Both the position numbers and the translations under genes were made by a program. Of a DNA stretch of 64,000 nt, positions 63,458-64,000 are shown one piece after another. Each line of letters starts with the position of its first letter. The first letter of the stretch is position 1. Where the stretch lies: the NCBI RefSeq assembly GCF_009914755.1, contig NC_060931.1; one strand, written 5' to 3'. The notes under the pieces are model-generated. The model searched no databases and was not told where the DNA came from. It saw only the letters and a program-made list of their open reading frames with translations. Origin of the DNA: the human T2T-CHM13v2.0 reference genome, Homo sapiens.

Positions 63458-63697
63458 GTAGGATGCTTTCTTTTCTCTTTTGGACCATTAACTGAGTGGA
63501 ATAGTGACAGTGCATCAGGCCAAGGAGCAACACTTAGAGGGTAAACCCATCATACAAAGTTACAGAAGAAGCCCAAATTTTCAGAATTTGCATGAATTCA
63601 TTTTATGTTCTTTGATAGTGAAACATATGGGAGCAAATATCCAGCCCTATTGAGTTAGGATATATCAAAATCTTTTCTCTTGTGACCGCAAGGAAGA

Positions 63698-63998
<301 letters not shown>

Positions 63999-64000
63999 GG

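Overview
Primate (almost certainly human) genomic DNA, Alu-dense. It contains the complete GPNMB gene (glycoprotein NMB/osteoactivin, PMEL family) on the + strand: 11 coding exons from 9296 to 36662, all GT-AG, joining to 572 aa, or 560 aa with the downstream exon-7 acceptor. Its promoter carries AP-1, M-box and TATA-like motifs, and its poly(A) signal is at 37525. About 24 kb of repeat-rich intergenic DNA follows, then the CpG-island promoter and first two coding exons of MALSU1 (+), which runs off the window end. Most entries in the ORF track are Alu, L1 or low-complexity artefacts. I found no evidence of a new multi-gene system. The best leads are: (1) splice-encoded GPNMB variants that are soluble or lack the cytoplasmic tail and escape NMD; (2) a dual-frame exon 4 flanked by inverted Alus; (3) a consensus splice donor in an intron-1 CpG island; (4) a distal AP-1/M-box module; (5) an A-B-A templated duplication; (6) a single endonuclease site hit three times by Alus. 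Repeat subfamily names come from recalled consensus sequences, and repeat boundaries are approximate unless a target-site duplication (TSD) is quoted.
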